Positions 57,642 through 64,000 of a stretch of 64,000 bases of DNA are shown in pieces; the first letter of the stretch is position 1, and each line of letters starts with the position of its first letter. The stretch is from Scenedesmus sp. PABB004. Its lineage: Eukaryota. Made by a program: the position numbers and the translations under genes. Where the stretch lies: contig JABVCE010000002.1 of NCBI GenBank assembly GCA_014905635.1, forward strand, positions 1,612,001 to 1,676,000, in the 5' to 3' direction. The notes below the pieces were generated by a model. That model was not told the DNA's origin. It made no database searches and saw only the letters and a program-made list of their open reading frames with translations.

Positions 57642-59931
57642 TCACTCCATGCCCATCTCGCCGAAAAAGTCGATCGTCTCCTTGAGCGCGTCGATGAAGA
57701 GGTCGACCTCGGCCGGGGTGTTGTAGATGTAGGCACTCGCGCGCGCGCTCGCGGGGATGCCCAGGTGGCGGTGCAGCGGCTGCGTGCAGTGGTGCCCCGA
57801 GCGCACGGCCACGCCCGCGGTGTCCAGCAGCGTCGAGACGTCCGTCGCGTGCAGCCCGCCGACGTTGAAGGCCGCGAGCGCCGCGCGGCCGCGCTTGGCG
57901 CTCGGGGGCGGGCCGTAGATTGTGACCTTGTCGAGCGCCGCGAGGCGGTCGTAGAGGTAACCCCCGATCTCGGCCTCGTACGCGTGCACGCGGCCCATGC
58001 CCACGCCCGACAGGTAGTCGCACGCCGCGCCGAGGCCGATCGCCTCCGCGATGGACGGCGTGCCGGCCTCGAAGCGCGCGGGCGGCGCCGCGTACGTGGA
58101 GTGGTCCAAGAAGACGTCCTGGATCATCTCGCCGCCGCCCATCCAGGGCGGCATGGACTCCAGCACCTCGGCCCTGGGAGCAGCGGGCAGAGGGGCCAGG
58201 GCGGGCGGGGCAGGGCGGGGCAGGGTCAGCGACGCGCGCGAGCTGCTGCGCTGCCGGCCGTGCGCCGCGCCCAGACATCGCGCAGCGCGCGCTGGTGCTG
58301 CGGGGGCGACGCTGCCGCGCGGCGGGCGCGCGGTCTGGCGCCGCGCGTGGCCCGCCGCCAGGCCGTGGCCGTGGCTGCCGCGGCGCGCGCGCGGGCCCGC
58401 GGCGCGCGCCTGCCCCAGAGGAAGCCGATGCCCGTCGGCGCCATGGCCTTGTGCCCCGACGCCACGATCCAGTCCACGCCCAGCGCGCGCACGTCGATGG
58501 GCATGTGCGGCACGGACTGGCACGCGTCGAGCAGCACGCGCGCGCCGACGCGCCGCGCCGCCTCGACCACCGCCTCGACGTCCAGCACCGCGCCGAGCAT
58601 GTTGGACACGTGCACCAGGCTGATCAGCTTCGTGCGCGGCGTCACAAGCTCGCGCAGGTGCTGCGCGGCGCGGGCGGCGCGGGCGGGCGGTGAGCTGCGG
58701 TGCGGCGGCGGCGCGGCGGTGCCGCGGCGCGCGCTGGCCTGGCGCTGGTGCGCCGGTGCGCGGGGGCGGGAGATTGGGAGATGGATGCCCGGCTGCCTGC
58801 GCCCGCAGCCGCGCCCCGCTGCGCCCCGCTGCGCCCCCGCTGCGTGCGCGCCGCTGCTGCCGCCACCGGCGCGGCGCGCTCACGTCCATGTCCAGCTCCT
58901 GCGTGTCCTGCGTGAGCCCCACGTGCTTCAGCACCGCGCCCGTCCGCTGCGCCACCATCTGCCAGGGTACCAAGTTGCTGTGGTGCTCCGCGACCGACAG
59001 AATCACCTGCAGCGGCGCGCCGGCGGCGGCGGCGGCAGCGGCACGAGGGCGGCGCAGCCGCGTCCGCGGCGGGGCCGGCGGCGTTGGCGGCGCGCGGCTG
59101 ACCCCGCCGGGCTGCTGCAGCGGCTGCGGCGGCGACCGGCTCCGCCGCCCAGCAGCTGCTGCGCGGTGACGGCGCGGCGACGGCGCGGCGCAGCGGCGGC
59201 GCGGCGCAGCGGCGGCGCGGCGCGCGCGGGGGCGGCGCGCGCGAGTTGCTGCCCCCGGGCCCCGGCCGCACCTCGTCGCCGGGGCCGAGGTTGGCGGCGC
59301 CCCAGGTGTGTGCCACGAGGTTGATCGCCTCGGTCGCGTTGCGCGTGAACACGACCTCGGCCGGCGACGCCGCGCCGATGAAGGCGGCGACCTTGGCGCG
59401 CGCGTCCTCGTACGCCGTGGTCGCGCGCGCGCTGAGGTGGTGCACGCCGCGGTGCACGTTGCTGTTGTAGGTCCGATAGTAGGTCTCCATCGCGTCCAGC
59501 ACGGCCACGGGCTTCTGCGACGTCGCCGCGTTGTCCAGGTACACCAGCGGCCGCCCGTTCACCGTCTGGTCCAGGATGGGCACGTCGCGCCGCAGCGACG
59601 CGCCGAGGCCCGACACCGTCGCCGGCGCGCGCGGCGCGGCGGGCGGCGGCGCGGGCGCGGCGGCCTGCGGCGACGACGCGTCCGCGGCCTGCGGCGGCGA
59701 CGCGGCGCGCGAGCGCGCGGCGATTGCGCGCTGCCGTGAGCCGTCGCTGCTGCCTTCGCTGCTGCTGCGGCAGGGGCAGGGGCAGGGGCGGGGGCCGCCC
59801 GCTGTGCGGCGCGGCGCCGCTGCTGCGCTGCTGCCGCCGCGCCGCCGCACCACGGCTCGCCGCCGGCACCGCGCGCGCGCGCCCGCGAGCTGCTGCGATC
59901 GCCAGGACCTGCTACTCATGGCGGCCTGCAT
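57642..59931 (-). CDS. SUFS: Plastid SufS-type cysteine desulfurase (CpNifS/NFS2), multi-exon
   Basis: [53 protein letters not shown] lysine; [32 protein letters not shown] (minus) at 57574-57578. Confidence 0.93.
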
Positions 59932-60294
59932 GCCGCCGCGTGCGCTCGGGGCGAGCGCACGCGGAATGTGTGCTCGCCGCTGCTCGCGTGTGGGCCGGGG
60001 GAGCGCGCTGTGGGCACGTGGGCGCGGCTGGCACGGTGAGGGAGGCGTTGCGACGGCGCTCGCAGCCTGCATGGGCCTTGATGGGCCGGAATCGGGCGGG
60101 CGCGTCACACATGTCACCAGCCCGCCGGGTTCCCGAGTCCCGAGGCCCCAGCGCGCCACTGGCGGTCGCGTGACTCTCATGCCAGCTCCCACGACTGCGA
60201 GCGCCGCGCCGCGGCGCCCCCCCGCCGCGCCAGCAGCAGCGCCGCGACCGCTGCCGCCAGCGCGGGCCGGCGGGGGCCCCAATTCCTCGCCGCC

Positions 60295-63200
60295 ATGAAC
60301 GTCTCGGTGGAGGAGCTCGCCCTGCTGCAGCAGAAGCAGGCGCGGCGGCTGCGGCAGCGGCGGCCGCCGCGGCGGCCGCAGCAGCGACGGCGCGGCCCGG
60401 CCGCCGACCGGCGGCCCGCGCCGCCCGCCGGCGCGCGGCGCAGGCGTGCATCCGCAATCTGTGCATCCTGGCGCACGTGGACCACGGCAAGACGACGCTG
60501 AGCGACCACCTGATCGGCTCCAACGGGCTCATCCACCCCAAGATGGTCGGCGAGCTGCGCTACCTCGACTCGCGCGACGACGAGCAGGCGCGGGGCATCA
60601 CCATGAAGAGCAGCAGCATCTCCCTCCTCTACCTCCCCGGCGCCGCGCAGCGGCCAGAGGTGCGCGCGCCGCGCGCGGGGCCGGGGCCGGGGCCGGGACG
60701 TCGCAGGCGCCGCCAGCCGCGCTCGGCGCGCGGGGCGCTCTCCGACGGCGCGCGGTGGCGCTGCGCCGCAGGGCGGGCGGGGCGTGGGGCGGGAGGAGCG
60801 GCTGTCGTGCGGGTACCTGGTGAACCTCATCGACAGCCCGGGGCACGTCGACTTTTGCAGCGAGGTCTCGACCGCGGCGCGCCTCAGCGACGGCGCGCTG
60901 GTCGTGGTGGACGCGGTGGAGGGCGTGTGCATCCAGACGCACGCAGTCCTGCGCCAGGCGTGGGAGGAGAAGGTGCGCAGGCCTGTGCCGCCGCGCGAGG
61001 GCGAGGCCCGCGCGCCGCACGAGTGCCCCGTGGCAGCGCCGCGGCCGGCAGGGCCCGCCGCCGCCGCGGCGGGCGGCGGCCCCCGTCCCACGCGCCGCCG
61101 CCGCCGCGTGTGGTGCCGTGGTGGTGGCCAGGTGCGGCCGGTGCTGATGATAAACAAGCTGGACCGCCTCATCCGCGAGCTGCAGCTGCCGCCCGAGGAG
61201 GCCGCGGCGCGGCTGACCTCCATCGTGGCGCACGCCAACATGGTGTGGAGCGCGTTTGGCAGCGAGCACTTTATGCGCGAGGCGGACGCGGTGCTCGCGG
61301 CGGAGACCCAGCACAGCCAGCAGCAGCAGCAGGGCGCCGGCGGCGGCGCCGACGACGACGCGGGCGCAGGGTGCGCGCGGCGCGCGGCGGGGGAGGGGCG
61401 GGGCAGGTGCAGCGAGGGCCCAGCCGCCGGCCCGCGCCGGCCCGCGCGCCGCGCGCGCCGCGCACGCGCCGCCCACGCCACCGCGCGCCGCGCCGCGCCG
61501 CGCCGCAGCGCGGGCGACGCGTGGGGGAGCGAGGAAGACGCGTTCGCTCCGAGCCGCGGCAACGTCGCGTTTGGCAGCGCCTCTGACGGCTGGGCGTTCC
61601 GCGTGGACCAGTTTGCCGCCATGTACAGCGCCAAGCTCGGCGCCAAGCCCTCCGCGCTCGCGGCGGCGCTCTGGGGTGACTGGGCGTTCAGCGCGCGCGA
61701 CAAGCGCGTCGTGCGGGCGCGCGGCCGCGGCGGGCGCGGGCCAGGGCGGACCATGTTTGTGCAGTTTGCGCTGGAGCCGCTCTGGCGCGCCTACAGCGTG
61801 GTCACAGCCGGCGAGGACCCGCAGGCGCGGGGCGCGAGGGGAGGGGGAGGGGGGCCCTGCCCGAGGCACGCAGGAGGGGGCCGGGGGCGCCGCTGCGCGC
61901 GCGCCGTGACACCGCGCGCCGTGACACCGCGCGCGCCCCGCCCGCCCGCGCAGGCGGTGCTGGGGCCGATTGTGAGCGGGCGCGGCCTGGGCGGCCTGGT
62001 GCCCGCCAAGCTGCTGCAGCCGGGCGCCGACCCGCGCGCCGCGCTGCGCGCCGTGCTGCGCGCGTGGCTGCCGCTGAGCGAGGCCGTGCTGGGCATGGCC
62101 GTGGCGCACCTGCCCAGCCCCGTCGAGGCCGCGCCGCTGCGCCTGCCGCGCCTGCTCGCGGGCGGCGCGACGACCGCGCTGCTGGGCGGCGCCGCGGCCG
62201 GCGGCGCTGGCGACCCCGGCGATGGCGGCGGCGCGCCCGGCGCGGCGCTGGACGACGCGACTGCGGCGGAGGTCGCTGCGCAGCTGGAGCGCACGCAGGC
62301 GGCGCTGTGCGCGTCGAGCGCGGCGCCCGACGCGCCGCTCGTGGTGTACGTGTCCAAGATGGTCTCCGTGCCCGCCAGCCTGCTGGCGCGCGCGCCGGGC
62401 GGCGGCGGCGAGGGCGCGCCGCCCGCCAACGCCGCGGGCGAGGTGTTCCTTGCGTTTGGGCGCGTGTTCGCGGGCGTCGCGCGCGAGGGCGCGCGCGTGC
62501 ACGTGCTGTCGGCCGCGTACGACCCCTCCGCGCCGGCGCGCGGCCGCCAGACCGCGGTGCTGCGGGGGCTGTACCTCATGATGGGACGGTGAGACGCGCA
62601 CGCCCGCACGGCGGCGTGCGGCGCGCGCGCGCCGCCCGCCCGGGGCGGCGCCCCGCTCGTTCCTCGCGCGCGCGCGCCGACCCGCCCCGCCCCGCCCCGC
62701 CCCGCCCGCCCCGCCCCGCCCCGCCCCGCCCCGCCCCGCCCCGCCCCGCCCCGCCCCGCCCCGCCCCGCCCCGCCCCGCCCCGCCCCGCCCCGCCCCGCC
62801 CCGCCCCGCCCCGCCCCGCCCCGCCCCGCCCCGCCCCGCCCCGCCCCGCCCCGCCCCGCCCCGCCCCGCCCGCCCCGCCCCGCCCCGCCCCGCCCCGCCC
62901 CGCCCCGCCCCGCCCCGCCCCGCGCCGCGCCGCCCCGCCCCGCCCCGCGCCGCGCCCCGTGCGGCGGCAGCGCGCTGGAGCGGCTGCCGGCCATCCCCGC
63001 GGGCAACGTGTGCGCGCTGGCGGGCCTGGAGACGGCGATCCTCAAGAGCGCGACGCTGTGTGCCAGCCCCGCGGCGCGGCCGCTGGCGCCGATGACCTTC
63101 CAGGCCGCGCCCATCGTGCGCGTCGCAATCGAGCCGTCCGCGCCCGCCGACATGGCCGCGCTCGCGGCGGGGCTCAAGCTGCTCAACAGGTGCCCGCGCC

Positions 63201-64000
63201 GCCCCGCCCGCGCGCGCTGTGCGGGCCGCGGCGCGCGGCCGCCGCGCTCACGCTCTGCCCCCGCGCGCGCGCGCGCTGCGTCCGTGCTGCTGGTCAGGGC
63301 GGACCCGTTTGTGGAGGTGGGTGTGAGCGAGAAGGGCGAGCACCTGCTGGGCGCGGCGGGCGAGGTGCACCTGGAGACGGTGGTGAAGGACCTGCGCGAG
63401 CGCTTTGCGCGCGTCGACTTCCAGGCGCGACTCGGCCCCCGCGCGCGCGGCCCCAGACAGGCAGCGCCGCGGACGCGCAGCGGCGTTTGCGGCGCCCGCG
63501 GCTGACGACGCCGCGCCGCGCCGCGCCGCGCCGCGTGCCGCGCGCCAGGTGTCGCCGCCGCTGGTCGCGTTCCGCGAGTCCGTGTTGTGCGGCGCCGAGG
63601 CGGGCGAGGGCGCGCCGCCGCGGCCGCCGCGCGTGGTCGAGGCGGCCACGCCGAGCGGCGCGTGCGTGGTGCGCGTGCGCGCGCACGCGCTGCCCGCGGC
63701 CTCCGCGACGCTGCTGGACGAGCACGCGGCGCTGCTGCGGGAGCTGCTGGACGCGCAGGGCAGGAGCCGGGCGCAGCCGGCGCAGCCGGGCGGGCAGCGG
63801 CGCAGCCTGGACGGGCGCGACCTTGGCCGCGAGGTGGCCAAGTTCCGGGAGGCCTTTGCCGCCAGCCTCGCCGCCGACAGCGCGCACAGCAAGGCGCTGC
63901 CGCACCTGCTGGAGCGTGCGTGGCTGCTGGGCCCGCGCAACGTGGGGCCCAACCTCGCGCTCTGCAGCCCCAGCGCGGCGGGCGGCGACGGCGGCGGCGG
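60295..64000 (+). CDS. EFL1: Elongation factor-like GTPase 1 (Ria1/EFL1), multi-exon, runs off the window end
   Basis: [80 protein letters not shown]. Confidence 0.92.
62679..62950. repeat. (CCCCG)n microsatellite within an EFL1 intron
   Basis: About 50 pentamer units inside intron 62589-62970. Confidence 0.92.

Overview
Very GC-rich, intron-rich eukaryotic DNA, most consistent with a chlorophyte green alga (inferred from TGTAA polyadenylation signals, plastid SufS and LSMT-type genes, and an Osser-type Copia). 1-25.4 kb and 57.6-64 kb are gene-dense: Q-rich unknown, WDR43/UTP5, ZPR1-domain protein, PP4R1-like, Enhancer of polycomb-like, RPL8, TMEM69/DUF3429, PB1-like, OSD1/UVI4-like, SET/LSMT-like, SufS, EFL1. 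Between two convergent genes lies a ~32 kb island (25.5-57.5 kb) built on a homogeneous 172-bp, hairpin-rich satellite (~90 copies) invaded by three retroelement families. These are (i) two intact, near-identical Copia elements plus two solo LTRs, with TG...GA termini, a half-tRNAiMet PBS and a shared 401-bp duplication of RNaseH-end/PPT/LTR-start; (ii) a poly(A)-tailed L1-like LINE nested into itself; (iii) a (TATCTT)n-tailed LINE-like element, also nested into itself. The island is a candidate centromere. Exon boundaries were read by eye; no database searches were run.
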